A stretch of 64,000 nucleotides of DNA from Hydractinia symbiolongicarpus (Eukaryota), in assembly GCF_029227915.1 (NCBI RefSeq), contig NC_079879.1:12132720-12196719 (forward strand). Direction: 5' to 3'. The notes under the pieces are model-generated. The model had not been told where the DNA came from and made no database searches. It was given only the letters and a program-made list of their open reading frames with translations. The translations under genes were made by a program, and so were the position numbers. Shown piece after piece: positions 37,501-52,500 of the stretch; within the stretch, counting starts at the first letter, position 1, and the number at the start of each line of letters is the position of its first letter.

Positions 37501-40500
37501 TTTTCCGATACCTTATACATCCTGAACTGTTTGTTTCAGTAGTGAAGTTTTTGAGCATCATAGAATATCTTGAAACGAATTCATTCCAAGTAAAAGTCAA
37601 TTTGATGCCCTAGGTTTTCAAATGACGTTACACATGCAGAGAATGGGTCATTTTTTCCATGTACAATAAATCTTTATATCTCGCATGTACCAATTTCCTG
37701 ACCTAGCTTCTTAGTTGCTTTTTAGCCTGAATATAAAAAAATTGTTTTCAACCAGTGAACCGACGTCAATGACAACAGCGAGATCAAGCAAGAAGTCATA
37801 TCTGCAAGAACCTTTTTTTGCTTTAAGATGTAAAAACCTGTTTTTTTTTCAAAAACATATCACACTGCATTAAACGGTACATCGATACGATACATTTTTT
37901 AACGATGACAAAGACAAAAGAAAAACAAAATATAACCGCCACTTCAGGAGGAATAATATCATTTTCAGGAATCAATTGTTTCAAATCTTGCGTGATTTTC
38001 TTCCTAGTACTAGCATATCATCGGAACAACTCCTTTGTGATCACCTGCTAGCAAAAATACATGACAAAAGTACTTTAATAACTACTACAACATCGTGAAT
38101 TTCTGTCATCCTGTTTCAAAGTTTAAAGTAATTGCCCCCTCAAGGAATTGCACTCATCCCCTGCAAAGTACAAATCTAAACAAAAACATCGCTAGTCGAA
38201 ATGGTATTTAAACGTAACGTTTCTAGTAAATCACATACCTAACAAAAGGTATGCTTGGCGGCAGGCACTGTATGACCCCTCTCCTAGGGTTAATATGTTG
38301 TTGTTTTTTAATCCAGAGGAGGATTCCGAGAGGCCTGTTAACATCATAATTTGTGAACCATGTTAAAACTTTAATGTGCCAACTGGCTTTCCTGTCAGGT
38401 GCTTTCTATGTGACATGCATTTATTTGGGATTTTGTTTTGGAAATGCGGCCCCTCAAATTGCATCGTCCGGCACTGTCAGGAAGGGTAACTATTTTTGTT
38501 TTTATTCAAATTATGAATTCATCCTTCCTTCTCATTCAAATTTATGCCACACTTCTTTTTATCCACTGCTCTGAAAGATTTGCGAACATTTTGATGAAAA
38601 GTTTGGAAATACTTTGAACAAGAAGAGTAAAATTTTTTTTATTTTTTTCATTTTTTTTAATTGAAGGCCTGGGTAAAATGGCATGTTTAATAGCTAAATT
38701 TTCATTACTGATTTGCATTGGGCATAATTGTTGGGTGATAAAGAATGTTTGAACTTAACAAGATCTCAGTTCTATTTACTGTATTATAGCTGGGCATTTT
38801 TCCGTCCGTCTAATGTTGAAGAGATATTTTCCGATACCTTATACATCCTGAACTGTTTGTTTAAGTAGTGAAGTTTTTGAGCATCATAGAATATCTTGAA
38901 ACGAATTCATTCCAAGTAAAAGTCAATTTGATGCCCTAGGTTTTCAAATGACGTTACACATGCAGAGAATGGGTCATTTTTTCCATGTACAATAAATCTT
39001 TATATCTCGCATGTACCAATTTCCTGACCTAGCTTCTTAGTTGCTTTTTAGCCTGAATATAAAAAAATTGTTTTCAACCAGTGAAACGACGTCAATGACA
39101 ACAGCGAGATCAAACAAGAAGTCATATCTGCAAGAACCTTTTTTTGCTTTAAGATGTAAAAACCTGTTTTTTTTCAAAAACATATCACACTGCATTAAAC
39201 GGTTCATCGGTACGATACATTTTTTAACGATGACAAAGACAAAAGAAAAACAAAATATAACCGCCACTTCAGGAGGAATAATATCATTTTCAGGAATGAA
39301 TTGTTTCAAATCTTGCGTGATTATTTTCTTAGTGCTAGCATATCATCGGAACAACTGCTTTGTGATCACCTGCTTGCAAAAATACATGAAATAAGTACTT
39401 ATATAACTACTACAACATCGTGAATTTCTGTCATCCCGTTTCAAAGTTTGAAGTAATTGTCCCCTCAAAGAATGGCACTCATCCCCTGCAAAGTACAAAT
39501 CTAAACAAAAACGTCGCTAGTCGAAATGGTATTTAAACGTAACGTTTCTAGTAAATCGCATACCTAACAAAAGGTATGCTTTGCGGCAGGCACTGTATGA
39601 CCCTTCTCCTAGGGTTAATATGTTGTTGTTTTTTAATATAGAGGAGGATTCCGAGAGGCCTGTTAACATCATAATTTGTGAACCATGTTAAAACTTTAAT
39701 GTGCCAACTGGCTTTCCTGTCAGGTGCTTTCTATGTGACATGCATTTATTTAGGATTTTGTTTTGGAAATGCGGCCCCTCAAATTGCATCGTCCGGCACT
39801 GTCAGCAAGGGTAACTATTTTTGTTTTTATTCGAATTATGAATTCATCCTTCCTTCTCATTCAAATTTATGCCACACTTCTTTTTATCCACTGCTCTAAA
39901 AGATTTGCGAACATTTTGATGAAAAGTTTGGAAATACTTTGAACAAGAAGAGTAAAATTTTTTTTATTTTTTTCATTTTTTTTAATTGAAGGCCTGGGTA
40001 AAATGGCATGTTTAATAGCTAAATTTTCATTACTGATTTGCATTGGGCATAATTGCTGGGTGATAAAGAATGTTTGAACTTAACAAGATCTCAGTTCTAT
40101 TTACTGTATTATAGCTGGGCATTTTTCCGTCCGTCTAATGTTGAAGAGATATTTTGCGATACCTTATACATCCTGAACTGTTTGTTTCAGTAGTGAAGTT
40201 TTTGAGCATCATAGAATATCTTGAAACGAATTCATTCCAATTAAAAGTCAATTTGATGCCCTAGGTTTTCAAATGACGTTACACATGCAGAGAATGGGTC
40301 ATTTTTTCCATGTACAATAAATCTTTATATCTCGCATGTACCAATTTCCTGACCTAGCTTCTTAGTTGCTTTTTAGCCTGAATATAAAAAAATTGTTTTC
40401 AACCAGTGAAACGAGGTCAATGACAACAGCGAGATCAAACAAGAAGTCATATCTGCAAGAACCTTTTTTTTGCTTTAAGATGTAAAAACCTGTTTTTTTT

Positions 40501-43500
40501 CAAAAACATATCACACTGCATTAAACGGTACATCGATACGATACATTTTTTAACGATGACAAAGACAAAAGAAAAACAAAATATAACCGCCACTTGAGGA
40601 GGAATAATATCATTTTCAGGAATGAATTGTTTCAAATCTTGCGTGATTATTTTCTTAGTGCTAGCATATCATCGGAACAACTGCTTTGTGATCACCTGCT
40701 TGCAAAAATACATGAAATAAGTACTTATATAACTACTACAACATCGTGAATTTCTGTCATCCCGTTTCAAAGTTTAAAGTAATTGCCCCCTCAAGGAATT
40801 GCACTCATCCCTTGCAAACTACAAATAAACGTAACGTTTCTAGTAAATCGCATACCTAACAAAAGGTATGCTTTGCGGCAGGCACTGTATGACCCTTCTC
40901 CTAGGGTTAATATGTTGTTGTTTTTTAATATAGAGGAGGATTCCGAGAGGCCTGTTAACATCATAATTTGTGAACCATGTTAAAACTTTAATGTGCCAAC
41001 TGGCTTTCCTGTCAGGTGTTTTCTATGTGACATGCATTTATTTGGGATTTTGTTTTGGAAATGCGGCCCCTCAAATTGCATCGTCCGGCACTGTCAGCAA
41101 GGGTAACTATTTTTGTTTTTATTCGAATTATGAATTCATCCTTCCTTCTCATTCAAATTTATGCCACACTTCTTTTTATCCACTGCTCTAAAAGATTTGC
41201 GAACATTTTGATGAAAAGTTTGGAAATACTTTGAACAAGAAGAGTAAAATTTTTTTTATTTTTTTCATTTTTTTTAATTGAAGGCCTGGGTAAAATGGCA
41301 TGTTTAATAGCTAAATTTTCATTACTGATTTGCATTGGGCATAATTGTTGGGTGATAAAGAATGTTTGAACTTAACAAGATCTCAGTTCTATTTACTGTA
41401 TATAGCTGGGCATTTTTCCGTCCGTCTAATGTTGAAGAGATATTTTCCGATACCTTATACATCCTGAACTGTTTGTTTCAGTAGTGAAGTTTTTGAGCAT
41501 CATAGAATATCTTGAAACGAATTCATTCCAAGTAAAAGTCAATTTGATGCCCTAGGTTTTCAAATGACGTTACACATGCAGAGAATGGGTCATTTTTTCC
41601 ATGTACAATAAATCTTTATATCTCGCATGTACCAATTTCCTGACCTAGCTTCTTAGTTGCTTTTTAGCCTGAATATAAAAAAATTGTTTTCAACCAGTGA
41701 AACGAGGTCAATGACAACAGCGAGATCAAACAAGAAGTCATATCTGCAAGAACCTTTTTTTGCTTTAAGATGTAAAAACCTGTTTTTTTTCAAAAACATA
41801 TCACACTGCATTAAACGGTACATCGATACGATACATTTTTTAACGATGACAAAGACAAAAGAAAAACAAAATATAACCGCCACTTGAGGAGGAATAATAT
41901 CATTTTCAGGAATGAATTGTTTCAAATCTTGCGTGATTATTTTCTTAGTGCTAGCATATCATCGGAACAACTGCTTTGTGATCACCTGCTTGCAAAAATA
42001 CATGAAATAAGTACTTATATAACTACTACAACATCGTGAATTTCTGTCATCCCGTTTCAAAGTTTAAAGTAATTGCCCCCTCAAGGAATTGCACTCATCC
42101 CTTGCAAACTACAAATCTAAACAAAAACGTCGCTAGTCGAAATGGTATTTAAACGTAACGTTTCTAGTAAATCACATACCTAACAAAAGGTATGCTTGGC
42201 GGCAAGCACTGTATGACCCCTCTCCTAGGGTTAATATGTTGTTGTTTTTTAATCCAGAGGAGGATTCCGAGAGGCCTGTTAACATCATAATTTGTGAACC
42301 ATGTTAAAACTTTAATGTGCCAACTGGCTTTCCTGTCAGGTGCTTTCTATGTGACATGCATTTATTTAGGATTTTGTTTTGGAAATGCGGCCCCTCAAAT
42401 TGCATCGTCCGGCACTGTCAGCAAGGGTAACTATTTTTGTTTTTATTCGAATTATGAATTCATCCTTCCTTCTCATTCAAATTTATGCCACACTTCTTTT
42501 TATCCACTGCTCTAAAAGATTTGCGAACATTTTGATGAAAAGTTTGGAAATACTTTGAACAAGAAGAGTAAAATTTTTTTTATTTTTTTCATTTTTTTTA
42601 ATTGAAGGCCTGGGTAAAATGGCATGTTTAATAGCTAAATTTTCATTACTGATTTGCATTGGGCATAATTGCTGGGTGATAAAGAATGTTTGAACTTAAC
42701 AAGATCTCAGTTCTATTTACTGTATTATAGCTGGGCATTTTTCCGTCCGTCTAATGTTGAAGAGATATTTTGCGATACCTTATACATCCTGAACTGTTTG
42801 TTTCAGTAGTGAAGTTTTTGAGCATCATAGAATATCTTGAAACGAATTCATTCCAATTAAAAGTCAATTTGATGCCCTAGGTTTTCAAATGACGTTACAC
42901 ATGCAGAGAATGGGTCATTTTTTCCATGTACAATAAATCTTTATATCTCGCATGTACCAATTTCCTGACCTAGCTTCTTAGTAGCTTTCCAGCCTGAATA
43001 TAAAAAAATTGTTTTCAACCAGTGAAACGACGTCAATGACAACAGTAAGATAAAACAAGAAGTCATATCTGCAAGAATCTTTTTTTGCTTTAAGATGTAA
43101 AAACCTGTTTTTTTCTTCAAAAACATATCACACAGGATTAAACGGTGCATTAGTGCGACACATTATTTAACGCTAACAAAGACCAAAGAAAAACAAAATA
43201 TAACCGCCACTTAGAGGAGAAATAATATCATTTTTAGGAATCAATTGTTTCAAATCTTGCGTGATTTTCTTCCTAGTGCTAGCATATCATCGGAACAACT
43301 CCTTTGTGATCACCTGCTAGCAAAAATACATGACATAAGTACTTATATAACTACTACAACATCGTGAATTTCTGTCATCCGGTTTCAAAGTTTAAAGTAA
43401 TTGCCCCCTCAAGGAATTGCACTCATCCCCTGCAAAGTACAATTCTAAACAAAAACGTCGCTAGTCGAAATGGTATTTAAACGTAACGTTTCTAGTAAAT

Positions 43501-46500
43501 CACATACCTAACAAAAGGTATGCTTGGCGGCAGGCACTGTATGACCCCTCTCCTAGGGTTCATGTGTTGTTGTTTTTTAATCCAGAGGAGGATTCCGAGA
43601 GGCCTGATAACATCATAATTTGTGAACCATGTTAAAACTTTAATGTGCCAACTGGCTTTCCTGTCAGGTGCTTTCTATGTGACATGCATTTATTTAGGAT
43701 TTTGTTTTGGAACTGTGGCCCCTCAAGTTGCATCGTCCGGCACTGTCAGCAAGGGTAACTATTTTAGTTTTTATTCGAATTGTGAATTCATCCTTCCTTC
43801 TCATTCAAATTTATGCCACACTTCTTTTTATCCCCTGCTCTAAAAGAATTGCGAACATTTTGATGAAAAGTTTGGAAATACTTTGAACAAGAAGAGTAAA
43901 ATTTATCTTATTTTTTTCATTTTTTTTAATTGAAGGTCTGGGTAAAATGGCATGTTTAATAGCTAAATTTTCATTACTGATTTGCATTGGGTATAATTGT
44001 TGGGTGATAAAGAATGTTTGAACTTAACAGGACGTCAGTTCTATTTACTGTATTATAGCTGGGCATTTTTCCGTCCGTTTAATGTTGAAGACATATTTTC
44101 CGGTACCTTATACATCCTGAACTGTTTGTTTCAGTAGTGAAGTTTTTGAGCATCATAGAATATCTTGAAACGAACTCATTCCAAGTAAAAGTCAATTTGA
44201 TGCCCTAGGTTTTCAAATGACGTTACACATGCAGAGAATGGGTCATTTTTTCCATGTACAATAAATCTTTATATCTCGCATGTACCAATTTCCTGACTTA
44301 GTTTCTTAGTAGCTTTCCAGCCTGAATATAAAAAAATTGTTTTCAACCAGTGAAACGACGTCAATGACAACAGTAAGATAAAACAAGAAGTCATATCTGC
44401 AAGAATCTTTTTTTGCTTTAAGATGTAAAAACCTGTTTTTTTCTTCAAAAACATATCACACAAGATTAAACGGTACATCAGTGCGATACATTATTTAACG
44501 CTGACAAAGACAAAAGAAAAACAAAATATAAATGCCACTTAGAGGAGAAATAATATCATTTTCAGGAATCAATTTTTGTTTCAAATTTTGCGTGATTTTA
44601 TTCCTAGTACTAGAATATCATCGGAACAATTCCTTTGTGACCATCTGCTAGCAAAAATACATGAAATAAGTACTTATATAACTACTACAACATCGTGACA
44701 TTCTGTCATCCCGTTTCAAAGTTTGAAGTAATTGTCCCCTCAAAGAATGGCACTCATCCCCTGCAAACTACAAATCTAAACAAAAACGTCGCTAGTCGAA
44801 ATGGTATTTAAACGTAACGTTTCTAGTAAATCACATACCTAACAAAAGGTATGCTTTGCGGCAGGCACTGTATGACCCTTCTCCTAGGGTTAATATGTTG
44901 TTGTTTTTTAATATAGAGGAGGATTCCGAGAGGCCTGTTAACATCATAATTTGTGAACCATGTTAAAACTTTAATGTGCCAACTGGCTTCTCTGTCAGGT
45001 GCTTTCTATGTGACATGCATTTATTTAGGATTTTGTTTTGGAAATGTGGCCCCTCAAATTGCATCGTCCGGCACTGTCAGCAAGGGTAACTATTTTAGAT
45101 TTTATTCGAATTATGAATTCATCCTTCCTTCTCATTCAAATTTATGCCACACTTCTTTTTATCCACTGCTCTAAAAGAATTGCGAACATTTTGATGAAAA
45201 GTTTGGAAATACTTTGAACAAGAAGAGTGAAATTTATTTTATTTTTTTAATTTTTTTTAATTGAAGGTCTGGGTAAAATGGCATGTTTAATAGCTAAATT
45301 TTCATTACCGATTTGCATTGGGCATAATTGTTGGGTGATAAAGAATGTTTGAACTTAACAGGATCTCAGTTCTATTTACTGTATTATAGCTGGGCATTTT
45401 TCCGTCCGTCTAATGTTGAAGACATATTTTCCGATACCTTATACATCCTGAACTGTTTGTTTCAGTAGTGAAGTTTTTGAGCATCATAGAATATCTTGAA
45501 ACGAACTCATTCCAAGTAAAAGTCAATTTGATGCCCTAGGTTTTCAATTGACGTTACACATGCAGAGAATGGGTCAATTTTTCCATGTACAATAAATCTT
45601 TATATCTCGCATGTACCAATTTCCTGACCTAGCTTCTTAGTAGCTTTCTAGTCTGAATATAAAAAAATTGTTTTCAACCAGTGAAACGACGTCAATGACA
45701 ACAGTAAGATAAAACAAGAAGTCATATCTGCAAGAATCTTTTTTTGCTTTATGATGTAAAAACCTGTTTTTTTCTTCAAAAACATATCACACAGGATTAA
45801 ACGGTACATTAGTGCGACACATTATTTAACGCTGACAAAGACAAAAGAAAAACAAAATATAACCGCCACTTAGAGGAGAAATAATATCATTTTCAGGAAT
45901 CAATTTTTGTTTCAAATTTTGCGTGATTTTATTCCTAGTACTAGAATATCATCGGAACAACTCCTTTGTGACCACCTGCTAGCAAAAATACATGAAATAA
46001 GTACTTATATAACTACTACAACATCGTGACATTCTGTCATCCCGTTTCAAAGTTTGAAGTAATTGTCCCCTCAAAGAATGACACTCATCCCCTGCAAAGT
46101 ACAAATCTAAACAAAAACGTCGCTAGTCGAAATGGTATTTAAACGTAACGTTTCTAGTAAATCACATACCTAACAAAAGGTATGCTTGGCGGCAGGCACT
46201 GTATGACCCCTCTCCTAGGGTTAATATGTTGTTGTTTTTTAATCCAGAGGAGGATTCCGAGAGGCCTGTTAACATCATAATTTGTGAACCATGTTAAAAC
46301 TTTAATGTGCCAACTGGCTTTTCTGTCAGGTGCTTTCTATGTGACATGCATTTATTTAGGATTTTGTTTTGGAAATGTGGCCCCTCAAATTGCATCGTCC
46401 GGCACTGTCAGCAAGGGTAACTATTTTAGATTTTATTCGAATTATGAATTCATCCTTCCTTCTCATTCAAATTTATGCCACACTTCTTTTTATCCACTGC

Positions 46501-49500
46501 TCTAAAAGAATTGCGAACATTTTGATGAAAAGTTTGGAAATAGTTTGAACAAGAAGAGTGAAATTTATTTTATTTTTTTAATTTTTTTTAATTGAAGGTC
46601 TGGGTAAAATGGCATGTTTAATAGCTAAATTTTCATTACCGATTTGCATTGGGCATAATTGTTGGGTGATAAAGAATGTTTGAACTTAACAGGATCTCAG
46701 TTCTATTTACTGTATTATAGCTGGGCATTTTTCCGTCCGTCTAATGTTGAAGACATATTTTCCGATACCTTATACATCCTGAACTGTTTGTTTCAGTAGT
46801 GAAGTTTTTGAGCATCATAGAATATCTTGAAACGAACTCATTCCAAGTAAAAGTCAATTTGATGCCCTAGGTTTTCAATTGACGTTACACATGCAGAGAA
46901 TGGGTCAATTTTTCCATGTACAATAAATCTCTATATCTCGCATGTACCAATTTCCTGACCTAGCTTCTTAGTAGCTTTCTAGCCTGAATATAAAAAAATT
47001 GTTTTCAACCAGTGAAACGACGTCAATGACAACAGTAAGATAAAACAAGAAGTCATATCTGCAAGAATCTTTTTTTGCTTTAAGATGTAAAAACCTGTTT
47101 TTTTCTTCAAAAACATATCACACAGGATTAAACGGTACATTAGTGCGACACATTATTTAACGCTGACAAAGACAAAAGAAAACAAAATATAACCGCTACT
47201 TAGAGGAGAAATAATATCATTTTCAGGAATCAATTTTTGTTTCAAATTTTGCGTGATTTTATTCCTAGTACTAGAATATCATCGGAACAACTCCTTTGTG
47301 ACCACCTGCTAGCAAAAATACATGACATAAGTATTTTTATAACTACTACAACATCGTGACATTCTGTCATCCCGTTTCAAAGTTTGAAGTAATTGTCCCC
47401 TTAAAGAATGACACTCATCCCCTGCAAAGTACAAATCTAAACAAAAACGTCGCTAGTCGAAATGGTATATAAACGTAACGTTTCTAGTAAATCACATACC
47501 TATCAAAAGGTATGCTTGGCGGCAGGCACTGTATGACCCCTCTCCTAGGGTTAATATGTTGTTGTTTTTTAATCCAGAGGAGGATTCCGAGAGGCCTGTT
47601 AACATCATAATTTGTGAACCATGTTAAAACTTTAATGTGCCAACTGGCTTTTCTGTCAGGTGCTTTCTATGTGACATGCATTTATTTAGGATTTTGTTTT
47701 GGAAATGTGGCCCCTCAAATTGCATCGTCCGGCACTGTCAGCAAGGGTAACTATTTTAGATTTTATTCGAATTATGAATTCATCCTTCCTTCTCATTCAA
47801 ATTTATGCCACACTTCTTTTTATCCACTGCTCTAAAAGAATTGCGAACTTTTTGATGAAAAGTTTGGAAATACTTTAAACAAGAAGAGTAAAATTTATTT
47901 TATTTTTTTAATTTTTTTTAATTGAAGGTCTGGGTAAAATGGCATGTTTAATAGCTATAATTTCATTACCGATTTGCATTGGGCATAATTGTTGGGTGAT
48001 AAAGAATGTTTGAACTTAACAGGATCTCAGTTCTATTTACTGTATTATAGCTGGGCATTTTTCCGTCCGTCTAATGTTGAAGACATATTTTCCGATACCT
48101 TATACATCCTGAACTGTTTGTTTCAGTAGTGAAGTTTTTGAGCATCATAGAATATCTTGAAACGAACTCATTCCAAGTAAAAGTCAATTTGATGCCCTAG
48201 GTTTTCAAATGACGTTACACGTGCAGAGAATGGGTCAATTTTTCCATGTACAATAAATCTTTATATCTCGCATGTACCAATTTCCTGACCTAGCTTCTTA
48301 GTAGCTTTCTAGCCTGAATATAAAAAAATTGTTTTCAACCATTGAAACGACGTCAATGACAACAGCGAGATAAAACAAGAAGTCATATCTGCAAGAATCT
48401 TTTTTTGTTTCAAGATGTAAAAACCTGTTTTTTATCAAAAACATATCACACAGGATTAAACGGTACATCAGTGCGATACATTATTTAACGCTGACAAAGA
48501 CAAAAGAAAAACAAAATATAACTGCCACTTAAAGGAGAAATAATATCATTTTCAGGAATCAATTTTTGTTTCAAATTTTGCGTGATTTTATTTCTAGTAC
48601 TAGAATATCATCGGATCAACTTCTTTGTGACCACCTGCTAGCAAAAATACATGAAATAAGTATTTTTATAACTACTACAACATCGTGACATTCTGTCATC
48701 CCGTTTCAAAGTTTGAAGTAATTGTCCCCTCAAAGAATGACACTCATCCCCTGCAAAGTACAAATCTGAACAAAAACGTCGCTAGTCGAAATGGTATTTA
48801 AACAAAACGTTTCTACTAAATCACATACCTAACAAAAGGTATGCTTGGCGGCAAGCACTGTATGACCCCTCTCCTAGGGTTCATGTGTTGTTGTTTTTTA
48901 ATCCAGCGGAGGATTCCGAGATGCCTGTTAACATCATAATTTGTGCACCATGTTAAAAATTTAATGTGCCAACTGGCTTACCTGTCAGGTGCTTTTATGT
49001 GACATACATTTATTTCGCATTTGGTTGTTTCGGAACTGTGGCCCCTCAAGTTGCATCGTCCGGCACTGTCAGCAAGGGTAACTATGTTAAAAGTTTTTAT
49101 TCGAATTATGAATTCATCATTCTTTCTCCTCATTCAATTTTATGCCACACTACTTTTTTACCCTAGCTCTAAAGGAATTGCCAATATTATGATGAAAAAT
49201 GTGGAAATTCTTTGAATAAGGAGAGTAATATTTACCTTCTTTTTTTAATTTTTTAAATTGAAAGTCTGAACCAAATTTTCATTACTGATTTGCATTGGGC
49301 AGAACTGTTGGGTGATAAAGAAAGTTTGAACTTAACAGGATCTCAGTTCTATTTACTGTGTTATAGCTTGGCATTTTTCCGTCCGTCTAATTTTGAAGAC
49401 ATATTTTCCGATACCTTATAAATCCTGAACTGTTTGTTTCAATAGTGAAATTTGTGAGCATCATAGAATATCTTTAAACTATCTCATTCCAAGTAAAAGT

Positions 49501-52500
49501 CAATTTGATGCCCTAGGTTTTCAAATGACGTTACACATGCAGAGAATGGGTCATTTTTTCCATATACAATAAATCTTTATATCTCGCATGTACCAATTTC
49601 CTGACCTAACTTCTTAGTAGCTTTCTAGCCTGAATATAAAAAAATTGTTTTCAACCAGTGGAACGACGTCAATGACAACAGCGAGATAAAACAAGAAGTC
49701 GTATCTGCAAGAATCTTTTTTTGCTTTAAGATGTAAAAACCTGTTTTTTTCATCAAAAACATATCACACAGCATTAAACGGTACATCGGTACGATAGATT
49801 TTTTAACGCTGACAAAGACAAAAGAAAAACAAAATATAACCGCCACTTAGAGGAGAAATAATATTACTTTCAGGAATCAATTGTTTCAAATCTTGCGTGA
49901 TTATTTTCCTAGTGCTAGCATATCATCGGAACAACTGCTTTGTGATCACCTGCTTGCAAAAATACATGAAATAAGTACTTATATAACTACTACAACATCG
50001 TGAATTTCTGTCATTCTGTTTCAAAATTTAAAGTAATTGCACCCTCAAGGAATTGCACTCATCCCCTGCAAAGTACAAATCTAAACAAAAACGTCGCTAG
50101 TCGAAGTGGTATTTAAACAAAACGTTTCTACTAAATCACATACCTAACAAAAGGTATGCTTGGCGGCAGGCACTGTATGACCCCTCTCCTAGGGTTAACG
50201 TGTTGTTCTTTTTTAATCCAGAGGAGTATTCCGAGAGGCCTGTTAACATCATAATTTGTGAACCATGTTAAAAATTTAATGTGCCAACTGGATTTCCTGT
50301 CATGTGCTTTTATGTGACATACACTTATTTAGGATTTGGTTTTGGAACTGTGGCCCCTCAAATTGCATCGGGCGGCACTCTCAGCATGGGTAACTATTTC
50401 AAAAGTTTTTATTCCAATTATGATTTGATCCTTCCTTCTCATTTATTTTTTTAATTTTTTTTAATTGAAGGTCTGGGTAAAATGGCATGTTTAATAGCTA
50501 AATTTTCATTATTGATTTGCATTGGGCATAATTGTTGGGTGATAAAGAAAGTTTGAACTTAACAGGATCTCAGTTCTATTTACTGTATTATAGCTGGGCA
50601 TTTTTCCGTCCGGCTAATGTTGAAGACATATTTTCCGATATCTTTTATATCCTGAACTATTTGTTTCAGTAGTGAAATTTTTGAGCATCATAGAATTTCT
50701 TGAAGCGAACTCATTCCAACTAAAAAGCAATTTGATGCCATAGGTTTTCCAATGACGTCACACATGCAGGGAATGGGTCGTTTTTCTGGTTTTGGAACTA
50801 TGGCCCCTCAAATTGCATCGTCCGGCACTCTCAGCATGGGTAACTATTTCAAAAGTTTTTATTCCAATTATGATTTGATCCTTCCTTCTCATTCAAATTT
50901 ATGCGACACTTCTTTTTATCCACTGCTCTAAAAGAATTTCGAACATTTTGATGAAAAATTTGGAAATACTTTGAATAAGAAGAGTAAAGTTTATTTTATT
51001 TTTTTCATTTTTTAATTGAAGGTCTGGGGACAATGGCATGTTTAATAGCTAAATTTTCATTATTGATTTGCATTGGGCATAATTGTTGGGTGATAAAGAA
51101 TGTTTAAACTTAACAGGATCCCAATTCTACTTACTGTATTATAGCTGGGCATTTTTCCACCCGTCTACTTTTGAAGACATATTTTCCGATACCTTATATA
51201 TCCTGAACTGTTTCTTTCAGTAGTGAAATTTTTGAGCATCATAGAATATCTTGAAACGAACTCATTTCAAGTAAAAATCAAATTGATGCCATAGGTTTTC
51301 CAATGACGTCACACATGTATGGAATGGGTCGTTTTTCTGGTTTTGGAACTATGGCCCCTCAAATTGCATCGTCCGGCACTGTCAGCAAGGGTAACTATTT
51401 TAGTTTTTTTTCGAATTATGAATTCATCCTTCCTTCTCATTCAAATTTATGCCACACTTCTTTTTATCCCCTGCTCTAAAAGAATTGCGAACATTTTGAT
51501 GAAAAGTTTGGAAATACTTTGAATAAGAAGAGTAAAGTTTATTTTATTTTTTTAATTTTTTTTAATTGAAGGTCTGGGTAAAATGGCATGTTTAATAGCT
51601 AAATTTTCATTATTGATTTGCATTGGGCATAATTGTTGGGTGATAAAGAAAGTTTGAACTTAACAGGATCTCAGTTCTATCTACTGTATTATAGCTGGGT
51701 ATTTTTCCGTCCGGCTAATGTTGAAGACATATTTTCCGATACCTTATATATCCTGAACTATTTGTTTCAGTAGTGAAATTTTTGAGCATCATAGAATTTC
51801 TTGAAGTGAACTCATTCCAACTAAAAAGCAATTTGATGCCATAGGTTTTCCAATGACGTCACACATGCAGGGAATGGGTCGTTTTTCTGGTTTTGGAACT
51901 ATGGCCCCTCAAATTGCATCGTTCGGCACTCTCAGCATGGGTAACTATTTCAAAAGTTTTTATTCCAATTATGATTTCATCCTTCCTTCTCATTCAAATT
52001 TATGCGACACTTCTTTTTATCCACTGCTCTAAAAGAATTGCGAACATTTTGATGAAAAGTTTGGAAATACTTTGAATAAGAAGAGTAAAGTTTATTTTAT
52101 TTTTTTCATTTTTTTAATTGAAGGTCTGGGGACAATGGCATGTTTAATAGCTAAATTTTTATTACTGATTTGCATTGGGCATAACTGTTGGGTGATAAAG
52201 AATGTTTAAACTTAACAGGATCTCAATTCTACTTACTGTATTATAGCTGGGCATTTTTCCGCCCGTCTACTTTTGAAGACATATTTTCCGATACCTTATA
52301 TATCCTGAACTGTTTCTTTCAGTAGTGAAATTTTTGAGCATCATAGAATATCTTGAAACGAACTCATTTCAAGTAAAAATCAATTTGATGCCATAGGTTT
52401 TCCAATGACGTCACACATGCATGGAATGGGTCGTTTTTCTGGGTTTGGAACTATGGCCCCTCAAATTGCATCGTCCGGCACTGTCAGCAAGGGTAACTAT

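Noticed and set aside
35722-49166. Recurrent 'conserved' 73-aa ORFs (MNHVKTLMCQLAFLSG...) and 65-90-aa minus-strand ORFs (MKQFIPENDIIPP...) in every array unit, as possible tandemly duplicated small-protein genes
   Set aside because: Differences between copies fall at non-synonymous positions as often as elsewhere (NAAPQIASS, TVAPQVASS and NVAPQIASS; FCFYSNYEF, FSFYSNCEF and FRFYSNYEF). Their conservation is just DNA-level homogenisation of the satellite. There is no coding signature.
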